This document shows positions 11,985-26,706 of a DNA stretch of 64,000 nucleotides, piece after piece; the stretch's first letter is position 1, and each line of letters begins with the position of its first letter. This stretch comes from Lingula anatina (Eukaryota > Animalia > Brachiopoda): NCBI GenBank assembly GCA_051362555.1, contig CM120648.1, positions 19,402,587 through 19,466,586 of the forward strand, given 5' to 3'. The translations under genes were made by a program, and so were the position numbers. A model generated the notes under the pieces. It saw only the letters and a list, made by a program, of their open reading frames with translations. It made no database searches and was not told the DNA's origin.

Positions 11985-12765
11985 TAATAATAATAATAAT
12001 AATAAAACACTTCTTTAAAACCGCGCTACACATGCGTCTCAGCGCTGTTTACATAAAAAAATTAAAACTCCACAGATAAATTAAAGCCAGTATAAACTAA
12101 AACAGAAAACTTAAAAAATTTAAAAACTAAGAAGATGCTATAAATTAAAGTATTCTTTAAATAAAAAAGTTTTTAAATTCTTCTTAAAACAGTAATATGA
12201 GTCATCCAGAGACACATTAGATCTTGTGATAAAATTAGACCATAAAATCGGTGCACAAATCTCGAAACTTCTGTGTCCATATGTTTTAAGAGTCTTTTTG
12301 GTGTCTTTTCGCTTAAGTTGAAGTTGTCCACTAGATCGAAGTGATCTGATAGGAGTTAAAAGTTCTATGGTAGAGTTTAAGTAAAATGGACGGTCGTCCT
12401 TTAAAATCTTAAAAGTCAAAAGTAATATTTTAAAAACTATTAGTTGAGACACGGGTAGCCAGTGGAGGTTTCGCAGAATTGGTGTGATGTGTTCGGACTT
12501 CTGAGCTTTACAGAGGAGACGAGCAGCAGAGTTCTGAATTGATTGTAACTTTTCCATTTGATAGTTAGGTATTCCAAACAACAGGCTATTGCAATAATCC
12601 AGTCTAGAAGTTACAAATGCATGGATGAGTAATTCAGTTTGCTTGGTGTTAATAAGGTGACAGATCTTGGATATCCGTTGGAGACTATAATATGCTGTTT
12701 TACATACTTTGTTGATGTGTGATGTCATTTCACATTTGTTATTAAAAATAACACCCAAGTTCCTA
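11985..12765 (-). mobile_element. 5'-truncated L2-clade LINE (C-terminal ORF2 + 3' UTR + (TTA)n tail)
   Basis: ORF 12138..12902: NLGVIF..HINKVCKTAYYSL..LIHAFVTSRLDYCNSLL..IQNSAARL..HITPILRNLHWLPV; simple-repeat tail at 11985-12005. Confidence 0.9.
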
Positions 12766-14204
12766 TATAACATTACAGGCACGTGTTGGAGACAAAGATT
12801 ACAATACCGATGGCCATGCAAGGTAGGGGACGCAAAATAACACACACAATAACACACAATAACACAAAACTCGAAAGCATCGCGAATTGCGACCGCATGC
12901 AAGTATAGCGATCAATCGCTATTTGCGACGGCGATTGTACTCACCTGCCAACTCAAAGCCCTAGCAAACACAACGCCATTATAGCCTCGAACGCTACTAA
13001 AATTCGATTGCCGCATAAAGTGAAGACGCCATAACATAATTACACACATTGTAATTTTATTTCAGTATGGTGCTAACCAAGATAATTTATAAGAATATCA
13101 CAATTACAAATACCGATCTTTGAAGTGTTTGACACCACTAAAATATCAAAAACAATTCAATAACCAAAGGGCACGTGTTTGGACTGATACAATTACTGAT
13201 ACATTGGTGAGCAGTGTTCAGTCTCAGCATCACAGGCACTGAGAAAGGTCTAAAGTTACAAAATAAATTTCATATTCAAGGTTTAAATATGATACACTTA
13301 CACAAACTGATAACAACAAATATACCAGAAAGCACTGCACCATTGTGTTGAGATAGATAAAAACTTTTGAACTTGGCCGGCTTTTAGTTTTCAGTTTATT
13401 TAAACTTGCTGATACACGTTGTGGTATAGCCAATTAGCCAATAAGCAGATAAAACAATGAGCCAATAATCCGGTCACTAAAATTAAACACACACACACTA
13501 TAACATATGCAAATAATGTTTAAAACAATAATTCTCATAAATTCATTAATTTTAATTTTAAATAGCAAACTTAAGCACTTACATAACTGTGGAGTCTATA
13601 AAGTTATAGCAGGGGAGCCATGTCCTTCTCCTTTCAGAGTCAAGTAGCAGTGTGTGATGTGCAGGCTAAACGTGTTTAGGAGTTCCATATGTCTAGCAGC
13701 CTCACGCGCTTAGCAGGGGATGTGCTTAGACAATGTGCTTAGCTTGCAATAGACATATACACATATATACATGTGTTCAACATACATTTTCAACAATAGC
13801 TAATTCCAGTATTTACATTTTTCACTTTCATTCATTTATTTTGCAAGTTGTAAAACACTCCTTTCCTGGGTCATAAAAGGGGACATATAATGCTACCAGC
13901 TATTTGCTTCTTTCTACATAAACCCTGTTAAAATAATATAAAGTACGTACTTACCGTTCTCTTAGGTGATCAAAACTGCAAAATATGTACAACATGCTCA
14001 TTTTCCTTCTTTATTTAACAACACCCGATCTTTTTGTACATGGAGTGTTTCATATTGACAATGCAAACAGGTCTTAGACTTTCTTTAACCTGAAACACAC
14101 AAACACACGCAAATACATGTACATTGTACTTATTGATAAGGTGCGTACTATTTAAAAGTTTAATATAAAAATAAGTAATGTGCGTACATGTATGTCCATT
14201 TGTG

Positions 14205-14252
<48 letters not shown>

Positions 14253-15821
14253 CGAGAAAAGACAGAGATCTTAAAATCATGAGCAGCGGACACATTTGTA
14301 CTGGCCTTTACAAGGTGACAACAAGTTTGTAGAACACGACACGGAGGCTGCCCTAATCTTACACTTCTTGCCAGTATATACTGCCATGCATACGTTATTT
14401 TCTGGACATCTTTTGCAATGCCCCCCCCCCCTCCCCCCAAGCTGTAAATTAATATTTTGAAGTTTTGTTCACTTTTAAAGCGGTTAAGGGCATGCATAGT
14501 GATTTGAATGAAGCAAGTAGGAAATTTATGAAATCATGACATATATTCACATCAAACTGGCAAAGGGAAATGTAGTTTTCAGTTTCAGCTTTCTTTCAAG
14601 TTTTTAGGTAGAATGTACTTAATTTTCAAATAATAATAATAATAATAATAATATAGTCTGATTTTCATGATTTTAACAGGTCATTTGACTTTAATTGAAC
14701 TACATTATTTTGTTACAATATGATCGATCTATCAACATAAAACGTGTCACATCAAACTAAACTCCTTATTCAGGGAAAAATTAAAGTTAAAGCGTTGACA
14801 GCACGTCGTGTCCAGGTCCACTTCTGTATTTTCTTTTCTTGAGGACGCTCAGTGGCACTCCCAGAACACCCAGCTCTACTATCATTGCTGGACAATGGCA
14901 TCTCATTGCCCTATATAAACATTATATTTGTAAGTTGGTGCGATACAACTGTTGCGTTTGCGAAATATATTCTGGAATTTGCTTCTCCCTGTGGGTCAAA
15001 ATTTAGATCACACTTATTACTCCATAAAATAAAACAATTATCATTTAAATTCACAAACTAGTGTTGTTTGGGTCATTTCATAAAATACTACTCTGCAAGG
15101 AGAATTCTTTATCAAACAAAAAGCAAAGATGAGGCAAATAAAATCAAATAATGCAATGTTTTAGTAGACGAAGTAATTATATTATAGTGATCAGGGATTT
15201 CCAAGGACTTCTCAGGAATCTAAGCACCCCTTGTGGTCTCTGTATTACTTTAAATGAAGTTATATTCTGAAGATATACATCTATGTGTATAAATTTATAA
15301 GGCTGGAGACCTTGCCTTCAGTTCTTTATTTTTATTCAGTTTATTATTCTATTTCGCTGAAGTTCAGTGGTTAACAGTGTCTGTTTACATACACTGTATA
15401 GGATAATGCTCTTCTGATACAAGTTGGGCCTTTGGGTTTCCTGTACACAATGATCACACCGTAAAAGTTTTAAGAAAAAGTCCTTACATGTAACAGCTCC
15501 TTGTACTTTATGTATCATTTGTCTGAAGGGAACCTCCACCTTTCGGGTCTCATTGCCTCAGTGGTATGATTCAATCACCCGTCATTATGTCAACCATATA
15601 GAAAATGGAGCGTGTGTATTGATTCCTGACTTTCATAAGGGGTCTTTCAACCAATTTCATATCAGATACTGGTAGAGAAGAATGAGAAGACCTTTGGTGG
15701 AGGGTATAACCACTGCACATGCTTGGCATGTTTACACTCACCACTAGAATAAAGCGCAGGGCGCTGCAACTCAAAAATGAATTAAAATATCCGACATTTA
15801 CTGATGTTTGGGTAATAGGGC

Positions 15822-16034
15822 GCATTCCCATAGATTTTAGATCGATCTATCCCCGTGGGGAGTCTCGCTAGATTACTGTCAGATAATCCGGCTTAAATGT
15901 CCGTCCCGCCTACTATATGTACAAGATGTAAGGGGGTAATTAACTACCGTGCTCGCTCGGCTGACTGCAATATAGCGTGAACCCCCAGGGAGTTAGGTCG
16001 ATCTAGTTGGATCGATCCAAATCTCTGGGAATGC
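15822..16034. mobile_element. MITE with imperfect terminal inverted repeats; relatives near 22105, 22685 and 23462
   Basis: gcattcccatagattttagatcgatc ... ggatcgatccaaatctctgggaatgc; internal cggcttaaatgtc shared with the 23462 copy. Confidence 0.65.
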
Positions 16035-17172
16035 CGTCATAGACGACGTGCAATTCTTCCTTTATGCAAGGTTAGGGAGACAACAGGGATTTATGGTTAC
16101 AAACTGAAATAACCTTGAAACTTATCTGAAAACTTAGAGCAAAGATGTATTAAGCCTGCACGTATGTGATATCTTCAAGATTATAAATCCATTACTCAAT
16201 AAAAACGCCGTTAAAATGAAAAGTATAATGGTAATATAATTAAAACGCCACACAGGTTACACAAAGTGACAAAGAATCTTATTCGTGGCAATAACTGATA
16301 TCTATGAATCAAGTCACAGAAGTACAACGAGTTATTTCAATGACGGTATCCTCTTTCAGCAGTCACTGTGCTGGTAGGTACACATGTATGCTAGTACCTG
16401 CTTTAAAAACGTATGACATGGTTACTTGGATATTGAAAAAGGCCGGAACACATGGGACATCAGTAGAAATGAGAAAAAAATGTGTGTAGTCGTAAATCAT
16501 AATTTTCAACAACATTTTCTATTATAACATGTGCAGGTAACTCAAGTCACCTTGTTAAGATAATGGCACACAAAGAGCCGGTTGCCCGCCATTTCTTAAA
16601 AAGGGGAATCCCCGCCCTAATGTTGTAGATTGATAGTTTTCTGGCCAATAGATGTGACTGTAACACTACTTCCTCGATACATTTCCTGGCACATACACCA
16701 TAGGTATGTGATTTTTTACTGGTCACAAATTCTCGAGCATCATCAAACCCCTTTAACCGTTTAACCCTGCAGGCAAACATGCAGCAGTTTATCAGAGGAA
16801 GGATGCGACAGTTGCTAAGGATCATATTTGCCTTATGTGGGAACGTTTGAGATAACGGACATAAATGCAGAAAGTCAAAAGTGTGAGTGTTATTTAAACT
16901 GTATTTACTCGACCACACAGAGCACTTGTACTCGCTGATTAATTTCAGTAACAAAGCAACAACTGCAGCTATCAGAATAACCAGATGTAAGCCATATAGA
17001 CAATCTGCGGGCTGTCATTCCTCGCTGAATCAGCGGCCTACTGGTCCTACAATAAATCTGAACCAGCTACAACAAATAATTCGATGGTGTCACTTGGATA
17101 TCGGCCGTGCCTGTTTTGGCAGTTATTAGTCGCTCCCTTCTGGTAAGTAAAATTCGCCTCTGACATAATTAA

Positions 17173-19782
17173 CACCTTTCTATTTTGCGGTGGGATAGAA
17201 ATCGGTTTTATATCCTGTTTCACCTATATTATTCGATCGTTGATCAGTGACGGATTTAGGGTATGCCAGAGGGATCCTGTCCCTCCCTCCCGATATCTGA
17301 AATTAATCACAACAATGGTCCCCTCTTGAAATGAACCAAGAGGGGGGGGGTCGCCTTTACATCCCGGAACCCCCTTCAAATAATCCTGGATCCACCCCTG
17401 ATTAATGATGGAAAATGCTAAAATAATGTCTCAATTGTGGCGTGCTTAGGCCCCGTATTATGGAAGGAAACGGAAGTGCGCTGATAACGTTGCGTGAGGT
17501 AAAACAAATACAAAGACACAATATGGGTATCTAAAATGACGAAAGTGTGTAATAAAATGAATATCAGCGATAAAATGTCTAATATTATTCATATTGTTGA
17601 CCTTTTTACGAGATTTTAAATATAAATGTTGTTCAAATCGTTAAATACTCATTAACAGCTTCATTGAATCGGATTATGAAACAAAACTAGGGGCAGAAAG
17701 ACACTGTGACGTGGGAGTATTTGAAGCAATTTGTAGTCGTATAGTAATTGGAATTGTTTTATAAGAGTATTAATTTCAGTCATTGTTTTTTCTTCAAGAC
17801 TATGCTTCACAAGAGTGTCCTCCAACATAACGAAAGTCAGTTTGTCACTGCTTTCTAGGACTTTACCTCTCGCCCTCTGAAAAAAAAAAAAAAAAAGATC
17901 GCACCCATAATTTTGTCTAGATTTCCGTAGGGTTAATTCTTGAAGCCCACTCAAAAAATTATCAAACCTTTGATGTAACTTGATTCAACCTCACTGCTGT
18001 CTGTAAATACCAGCACAAATTTAATACAGTTTTCGTAAGGGGAAACCCTCAGTCGCTCATGATGGGGCAGTAGTCGACTAGATCTGCCTCATCAGATTGA
18101 CTTAGGGACAGCTTTCCATGCACACCTCCCTTCAGAAAACATATTGCAATTCACTGCCACATTTCAATTTCAGTGTTATTGTTCACTATGTCAGCTCAGC
18201 GTAGCATGGACTGCATGTACATCGTGTGTACAAAGAAATAATTTTGGGTGACTATATTTAGAGGGCGCACATCGCAACCAACCGCTTATCGCAGGCAATA
18301 CAAATACTGATATCGATTACCGTCATCACAACCTCAAAGCTATTTCTGCTGGCAAAAATAGAAATTAAAACTAAGATGTATCTTTGAGAGTTCTGTTGAC
18401 AACTGAGTTATCTCTGTCTGATACACAGTTGTCTAACATATTCTCTTTTGTTGTTCTAAACTAAGGTTTTGATTGTAATGGTATAGGTCCTATACATACA
18501 TGTATATTCTTCCATAATACACCACCGTACCATTCCACTATAGTTCTGCCTAAGTAACTATAGATGGGAGACATCTTCAGAGAATCCCATTTATGTAACC
18601 ATCTATGTTACTCAGTGATTACTGCATGGAGAAATTGTATGCAGGTGTCACACTGTCCCGAAATTGTTACAGAATGGACACACGATAAATAAAAACTTCA
18701 AATAGGGTTCTGGTTGTGAAAAAATCAAAGAAAAGAAAAGGCACCACAAGCCGTTGACAAAAACATGTAATTCATTCAATGATAATTATAACATTCTGTT
18801 ATATGCATGTATAAAATACAATACAAAATGTTAAACAATAAAAAGATAAAAACGGAGAATTTGGTCAGATGACCGAATGTAATACAAAGGAACATATTTC
18901 AAAATATGAAAGCTATAGGGAAATATATATCGCCGTCTTTACCCTCCAAATAACAAATAAATAATAAATAAATAAATGAATAAACAATTACAAATACAGA
19001 AATGGCACGTTCAGCCGACGCTGAGGTTTCGTGCATTTTGTGCATGATAGCAAGTTTTCGTCCAAAAATGGGTTAAGTTCTCAAAGAAAAGAAACCTGCT
19101 TGTCAGTAGAACAGATAAAGACATGATTCATGATGCTAATGTCACATCACCATAACACGATATCAGTTGATTATATTGACTTACTGTCAGAAAAATCCTC
19201 TCTGTTGAGCTCGGCAGCTGTATATAGTATCACTAATCGTACACCCTTTACTGCGTCCTTGCCAAACATATTTGATTAAATTGCATTTCTTGTGAATATA
19301 ATATGTAACGTTCACAGGGACTGATATCTATGATCCATCCCTTCTGTAAACTGTTGCATCCTGTACGTGTTTTTAGCAACGAAAAAAAAAAAACACGCTT
19401 ACATTCCGCCCAATATGTCGTGAAAGTCATTGGAAACATAAACAATTCTGTTTGTCAAAGTTCTCCTTTACCTGAACACCCACGAACACCGTTTTAACAC
19501 CAATATAATGACACCATTTAGTACTCCAAAACACTGTCGGCAATATTTCTTAAATTTTCATTTCGGATATTATTGTTGCTAAAGCAAAATAGTGTCTTTG
19601 TTTACAGAAGATCTGTAAATAAAGGATCGTAACTCCATAACAAAAGGATTAACCAAAATGTCGGCAAGCAATTGTAGCCCACTGACTCGTGGTCAGCTAT
19701 GCCAATTTTTGTGATAAAATCTTATTTGTGGATAAAAGTATGTCCCAAACCGATTTCTATCCCACCGCAAAAAAGAAAGGTG
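17173..19782. mobile_element. About 2.6-kb non-autonomous DNA transposon with 36-bp TIRs and TTAA target duplication (piggyBac-like target)
   Basis: TTAA-cacctttctattttgcggtgggatagaaatcggttt ... aaaccgatttctatcccaccgcaaaaaagaaaggtg-TTAA, one mismatch; no transposase ORF recognised. Confidence 0.8.
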
Positions 19783-22700
19783 TTAAATTATAAAACTCTG
19801 AGCTGATTGCAACGAGAACTATAACGTCGATATTTTGTATTTTCGAGGGCATTTTTTTGTTTTAAATCAGCAAAGATAGATCCATTACTGAATAATTAGA
19901 TGCAGGAAAATATCATTTTCGGTATCTAGAGGATAACAAATGCTTAAAATACCCGTCAGCTTATTAATCCCTAACAATCTGCACACAGCTTATCAGGTCG
20001 AGTCCTTCAGTGACGTCACCACTTATTCAGCAAGCGGTGACTCCGCCTGAAGCAACACCTGCCCTATTAAAAAAAAATCTCTGAAAAATTTTGTTAATTA
20101 GGTATGACTTCCTTTTTTTCAGTTAAGTTTAAAAAATACGGTTTTGGTAATTTCCCTTCTCATAATTAACAAGGAAAGGTGCTTCAAGGGGGGGGGGGAG
20201 GGGGAGGGGGCACAAGTTCAACGTTCACCATTTGTATGAATAGTGCTCTTGATGGCCAGCACCGCGCCGACTTTTTGGAAATTTAAAATAATGAGAGAAC
20301 TCTTAACTTGCACGCCTTTCTAAAGCGCCAATGCATTTTAAACCCATGTGTCTGTCTACATAAGTTTATAACCCTGAGCTACGCAAACTTAGTTGAAGTT
20401 ATAACAACAGTTACATTATTTCCATCGATTGTTAACGCTGCATAGGGACTGCAGTGTTACAGAAAGGAAACTTGTACCGAAAAAGGGGAAATTTGTCTTG
20501 AATAATTCGTCATTGTGTAACTTAAGTTCAACAAGGTCGTTACAAATACAGTCTTCTCAAGACAACTTCTCTACAGAGTATATTCAATGGACACTAAATT
20601 TAGTTTTATTTAACTGACCCTGTCACCTGTATATAAAGATATGCAAGCTATGATATCATTCTCTGTTTACCTGCAGACGGCCATATCAAGAAAGGTAACC
20701 TCTATAACCAAGATAAACTGATCAGGGCATGGGAATTTATTGACATCAGAGCTGGGTGCTGAGATATTACTGTTTGAACAGATTAAATCTGTCTACTCTT
20801 GTGGACGCAGGCTGGCACTGTGACAGTCACTGTATGTTTAAGAGCGAGATAAGACACTGTCACCCGAGCAATATATACCAGCACACCTTGAGCATCAGAG
20901 ATGTTTTGACATTTATCTTGAGAGAGTGGCTGTCTATCATGTCACATACATACTAGACTAGTAAACTGAGCGAAAAAAATGGCCTAACCCAGGACTAATT
21001 GCAAAAAAAAATAAAATTGTAATAATGTTTTTTTAGAAAGCTAAATATCCAAATTTCAACATATTAAAAAACTAGAAAATTTTTAATAGTGGAAAATGTT
21101 TTTAAGGCAGTTTTCCAAGATGGCCGCCAATATATTAAGTCTCTATAGGCAAAGTTTTTGCCAGGTACGATATGGCGAGATGGTGTAGCCTTGTAACACC
21201 AGAGGAAAACTCTCACCATACATGCTTGCTCCGTCAAATGTGTCTGTGCCGGTAGCCATGAAAACCTTATTTAATCCCTGGTGCCGCGTCTGATACATGT
21301 ACATGTACTTCAAAGCGCATAGTGATACACATCTTGAAAAGCGATAGCGCGATCCATTTATCGGTGAATTCTGGATCATTTGGTGCCACGTCTGGTAGTT
21401 AGGTAGGCCTGACAAAGTAATCGGATGGCATTGTTTGTATCTGTGTTGAGAAAGTACCCGTCACTCATGTTAAAACGAGTTTTGATAGGTAACGATGCAG
21501 GATTGATTTCAATGATTTGGCACTTGTCAGGTCAACTGAATAATCCAGCGATTATTTAGAAAACTCACCTTGCAAAATGTCATCTAAGTATATATCTGGT
21601 AGTAAGAAGGTGCTCAGCTGCACAACAAACAATGAGTCTATTGCAAAAAATGCATGTATTCATTTCTTTGTGTGTATGTAGAAGTTTCGTCAATTTTTAT
21701 TAATTTTTTTTTTTTCATTTTATTTTATTTTCTTGTAGATTAATTTTGTCTAAAACTACATAAATCGACTTTGTTTGTGTTTCCTGCTACATATCATTGG
21801 TCCCCTAGTTTGTATCATCTGGCGTTGTCTCTGGGCAGAAATGCCGAACAAAATGGCAGAACGCTGACAATCCTATCGCGCCATCGGAAAATGTTACCAA
21901 AAACGATTTTTGACATCTCTAAGTCCTCAAAGATAGTAGACAATGAGCAAGGGTTCCATATGATCGTTTAACTGATAACAGTTAAAACTCTGTTTTGACC
22001 AATATGCTCTGTTAACCTGCCTGTGGACATTTTTGTCATTTTTAAAACAGCTTTCTAGACTGCCGAGATAAGTGAATTTCTCCCCATCTAAATATATTGG
22101 ATATATTCCCATCGTACTAACTGGATCGATCTAACTTTGCGGGAGTTCTTGCTAATATGACTTCGGTATAATCAGCCCAATTGTCTATATAGTGGCAAGC
22201 CCCGTTATAGCAGTAACTAGCAGCTTAATTAGGCGTGTGTTCATTTAAGTCTTCGGTATAATCAGTTCTATTGTCTATATAGTGGCAAGTCCCGTTGGGT
22301 AACAAGCAGCTTAATAAGGCGTGTCAACATTTAAGTCGCTTACACTGAATACAATTTAGTGAGAATCCCTACAGAGTTAGAACTTTATCCAGCAGTCACG
22401 GCTCCACTCCCGTGTACTTCCACCTAAAATGAAAGCTTCACGTCTTACACAAAACAGAATCATAGAAACACTACTATGTTCTAATATGCAGTTTGAAAAA
22501 AAATAATAACTTCCCAAAATTAAACAGAGATGCGTTTTGTCCAACAGTCGACGCTGTAGCTACATTTTGGGAAAAATTCGTTTTTGGTTTTAGGATTTTT
22601 TAAATATCGGAATCAAACTTATTTCAACGGCATCATTAAGCGGGATGAAAGATTTTTTTCAAATGATACTGGGAAACTTTCTTGTTCCCATAATCCTATC

Positions 22701-23314
22701 GTAATAGCTGGATCCATATAATTCCTCGGGGATTCTTACTAAATTGCATTCAGTTTAACTGCCTTAAATATCTGCCCCTCCCTCCTCGTAACTTGAAGTA
22801 CTTGGATAAAGTCAGTTATGGGAACGCAGTTTTAAACAACTTCCTTCTGATTTTATGGTCTTTTACGTTAAATTTATCTTTACTTCATTGACTTCATTGG
22901 GCTTTTAACCTACAAAGACGGTAACTTTTAAATAAACAAATTCCTCCAAACTCCCTGATAACAATATGTAGGACTAGTTCACATACTTCACATCAAGTTG
23001 CTTATTTTTGTAGGGATCAGTTCCTTATAGGGAGCTTTCCAACAGACGTTTTTCTTCTATTCTTTGAGGATTGAAAGAAGTGCAAAAGACTAGGACAAAG
23101 AAACCAAAGTCTGCCCTAGATTGATATGATCATACATGAGGCGTTTCAATATTTTAAGGCAGTTCGATAGCCGTCCTGGTATTAGAGAACATCCCAAAAC
23201 CGAAAATGATATTTTTCTTCCCAAAATGTCCATAATTAATTGGTCTTTTCGGAAGTTTGTTTATTTTTAAAACAGCAAATTAGAACAGGGATATCAATAT
23301 TGACTCTACACCAC

Positions 23315-23357
<43 letters not shown>

Positions 23358-23461
23358 TATATTGCCAAATATATAATTTCCCAAAGTCAACGATATTTTC
23401 AGCTTATCCAGTTACAGCACATTTTAAAACTATTTTTTGCTGTCAGGGGTCTCTAAGAGAC

Positions 23462-23727
23462 CATTCCCAGAGTTATCGTACTAACTTTGGATCGATCTAT
23501 CTCTAGGGGGATCCACACTACATTGCTTTCAACTTAAGCGGCTTAAATGTCTGTCACACCTACTAAAAATGTTAGGGAATAATTAACCACCAGAGGCCGA
23601 GCGTGCACGAAAATTAATTATTCCTTAGTTGATTCGAAAGGCGTGACAGACATTTAAGCCAGTTAAGTTGATAGCAATTTAGCGTGAACCCCTTTGGAGT
23701 TAGACTGATCCTGTTGGGTCGATCTAG
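23462..23727. mobile_element. Fold-back MITE of the same family as 15822-16034
   Basis: aacttaagcggcttaaatgtctgtcacacc is inverted against ggcgtgacagacatttaagccagttaagtt. Confidence 0.65.
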
Positions 23728-23834
23728 GCATTGTATCATACCAGGAGGATGGCTTCATCTCTGAGGGGATTCTCGCTGAATTTAGTCATTGTAATCAGTT
23801 AAATAGTCTCACACGCCACCTCGAGAAGTTAATA

Positions 23835-24045
23835 GGAAAAGAAAAGTGATCACGCCAGCATGACGTAATGTGTATTTGTCTTTAACGTGTGAATGCAGCT
23901 GAACAACGTGAATGCAGCCGAATATCACCTACACTTTATCACCTATCTTATATGTGTGTAAATAAAGGCTTAGTGCCAGGTTGACACTTGAAGTTTGGGA
24001 TTTGAACACAGCAGTCGTGTTTGTCTCTACATGTCATGGCGGAGG
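23835..24045 (+). promoter_or_regulatory. Possible promoter and first coding micro-exon (ATG GCG GAG G, 24036-24045) for the NHL exon
   Basis: TGACGTAA (CRE-like) at ~23861, TAAATAAA at ~23959, gtcATGG Kozak context, phase-1 donor G|gtaacc matching the phase-1 acceptor at 28378. All motifs are short. Confidence 0.3.
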
Positions 24046-26441
24046 GTAACCTTTGTGGATGTGATTTTCTACAAGTAGGAAGGTACAGTTTTATAGTAGG
24101 GCAATTTTTTTGGTCTTCATTTCGTTAATTAAATTGATTGCATTACAAGAAAACAATATGTGAACATTACAGGCCCAAACATAAAGAACGTACTGCAGGT
24201 TTTGTATGTTTTGGTGGTCACCATATAGAATGGGTTGATAAGTATAAATAGCTGGTGTCTTATGTAAAATGAATCTGCTACTATAGCACTGGGATTTATT
24301 AAGGCAAAATGAAAAAAAACTTGATCAAATGGGATTCTACACATGCCACAAATTGTTGAACAGCCGTGTGACTCCAATTAATTTTAGAGCATGGGTCGGG
24401 ATATTTGGGGATTTTCGGAAAATGAAAACTGTGGAAATGTACTATATGACGACTCAGGTCGGATACCATTGAAAGTTGTCAAATGGCTGAACATACTCAG
24501 ATATGGAACAGTTTGCACAGCAGTCGGAGATCGGTACATTTCACTCGTTAGTTACGAACTACTTCCTTGTTTTCACAAGGTCCTTCAAGACCTCTAAAAC
24601 TTCGTTCTAATTGCAGCTCATACACCCAAAAATACTTAGATATGGACATATCGGATTATATTAATGCCAAATTTCCACATGGCAACGATTTACAGCCTCC
24701 CGGGAATTATTTTCCATTTACACTCTTTGTCGCGCTGGCGGTCGACGCAGCATTTATTTCTAAACAAGTTGACCGCAAATTAAGCACGATTTTGCATCTT
24801 CAAGTTTCGTGTCACGTTTTCATATCATGCATTTATTATTTCTACAAGTTTTCTCTGCCCAAAATGCGAAAAAAAAAGAGAGTTATCTTACCATGTTGTT
24901 TAGAAAACTTCTTTTTCCTCCGACAACCCGTCTTCACTACCGTTCATCTCTATGTTAAAATGACCACTCAGCTTCGTTTTTAACACCACTGCAAGTCCCT
25001 TCCGGCACAATTCTGACCAATGCTGACCTTCTCCGGTTCCCTTTATTGTCTGTATATATTCTGATCGGTCTCTCTGTCCGTGTCGTCGCTGTTGCTTACT
25101 GCCGCCCCCCCCCCTCCCTGGCATTTTGCTCAGGCTACGGCCCTGTTACGGTAATTATTTTTTTCACCATTTAGGTCACATTGCCTCATATTTAAGTATT
25201 TTTGATGATGTGTATTTTGTTGATGTTTCTTCTTTTTGCTGTCTGTATATTTACCAGCTTTAATGGTCTAGTTTATAACTTTTTGGGTTGGCACTTTACC
25301 TTTACCTAGAAACTGTACGTTACACAGACACGACTATTAATGAAATAATATCCCAACTATACAAAAAGTAATTACAAGATGAGAGTCCTTTCTTACTTCG
25401 GTGCACTGCTTATATTGAGAATTTCATGAAAAAAATGGGTATCTAAACAAATGGTATGAATGAAATATTTAAGGTTTAAGTGTGTGTGTGTGGGGGGGGG
25501 GGGAGTCAATTAGCAACATTTTTTGTCACGATTTTTGATATAAGGCAGAAAAAATGTATACAACAGGTGTGTTACAAGCCCGAAGGGCTGGGTGTTCAAT
25601 GCACATTACAAGTAAATAAAACGATTATGTTGATATGATAAACGCAAGGTGTTCAGTCATAGCTAACAATTAATAATAACACGATAACCCACAACAGCAC
25701 TGCTGCATTACTTATTAACTCGAGTCTTCTTCCAGTCATGTTGTACTTTGGACTTATCTGCTGACAAACACGTGATGGGGCTAGAAACAGTGACAAGTAG
25801 ATTTAGTACAATAATTATCCTTCACTTTGATATCATTTTTGTACCTTGTCTTACTTTATTCTATCAAGAAAGGGTGACTCCCGATTTCGCCACACAGAAT
25901 AATTATTGAACACATTTAATAAATTTTACCTACAGTTCTAACTCCCTCAATTCACAACAGATAACTTATTAAGACAAGAGAGAGAGAAAGAGAAAGAGAG
26001 ATGAGACGGGGGGGGGGGGGGGGGGTCAAGAAATAGCCTACCTTACTCATGTTACTGGGTATATCTTCTCACTGCGATATATCTTCTCACTGCGATGGCT
26101 TTCTGTAATACAGCTGATAGCAATTATCCCTGGCAGAAAACGGCACAACAGGTCAGGAAACAAGCCACCTTGATATAACTGATATTATAAAAACTTTTAC
26201 AAAGCTTTGCAAATTATCCTTTCCTATATTTGTATTTAATGTTCAACAGTTTTTCTTTTGTTTTGTTTATAATGTCGTTTATTGAGAAATATGTTTCAAT
26301 GATTGCGTGAGTTAGAGCAGATACATTGATAAAAGAAGAGAGAGAGAGAGAGGGAGAGGGAAGGGAGAGAGAGAGAGAAGGGAGGAGGGTAGCTTTATAT
26401 GTTGCCATGCGCACGCATTGTCACTCTCCAGATCTTGTTTC

Positions 26442-26623
26442 CAGGGCCGTAGCCTCCGGGGTGGGGTGGGGGGGGGGGGGCAGGGAGGGCAGCTGCCCCC
26501 CCCCCCCCCTGGAATTTGGAATTTTCCACACCGTGATAGGGGGACACACCCCCCCCTTGGGGGCTTCGCCCCCTCATGTCCGCTTACTGCCCCCCCTGGC
26601 ATTTTGCTCAGGCTACGGCCCTG
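26442..26623. mobile_element. GC-rich MITE, 13-bp TIR CAGGGCCGTAGCC, 5-bp TSD gtttc (hAT5-like)
   Basis: gtttc-cagggccgtagcc...ggctacggccctg-gtttc; inserted in one copy of a ~150-bp tandem duplication (26310-26795). Confidence 0.85.
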
Positions 26624-26668
26624 GTTTCTATCAAGTTAGAGCAGGTACATTGATGAAAGAAGATAGAA

Positions 26669-26706
<38 letters not shown>

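Noticed and set aside
13950-14497. Possible minus-strand exons (VKESLRPVCIVNMKHSMYKKIGCC and a 21-nt micro-exon)
   Set aside because: Splice-like signals are present but there is no coherent frame or recognisable product
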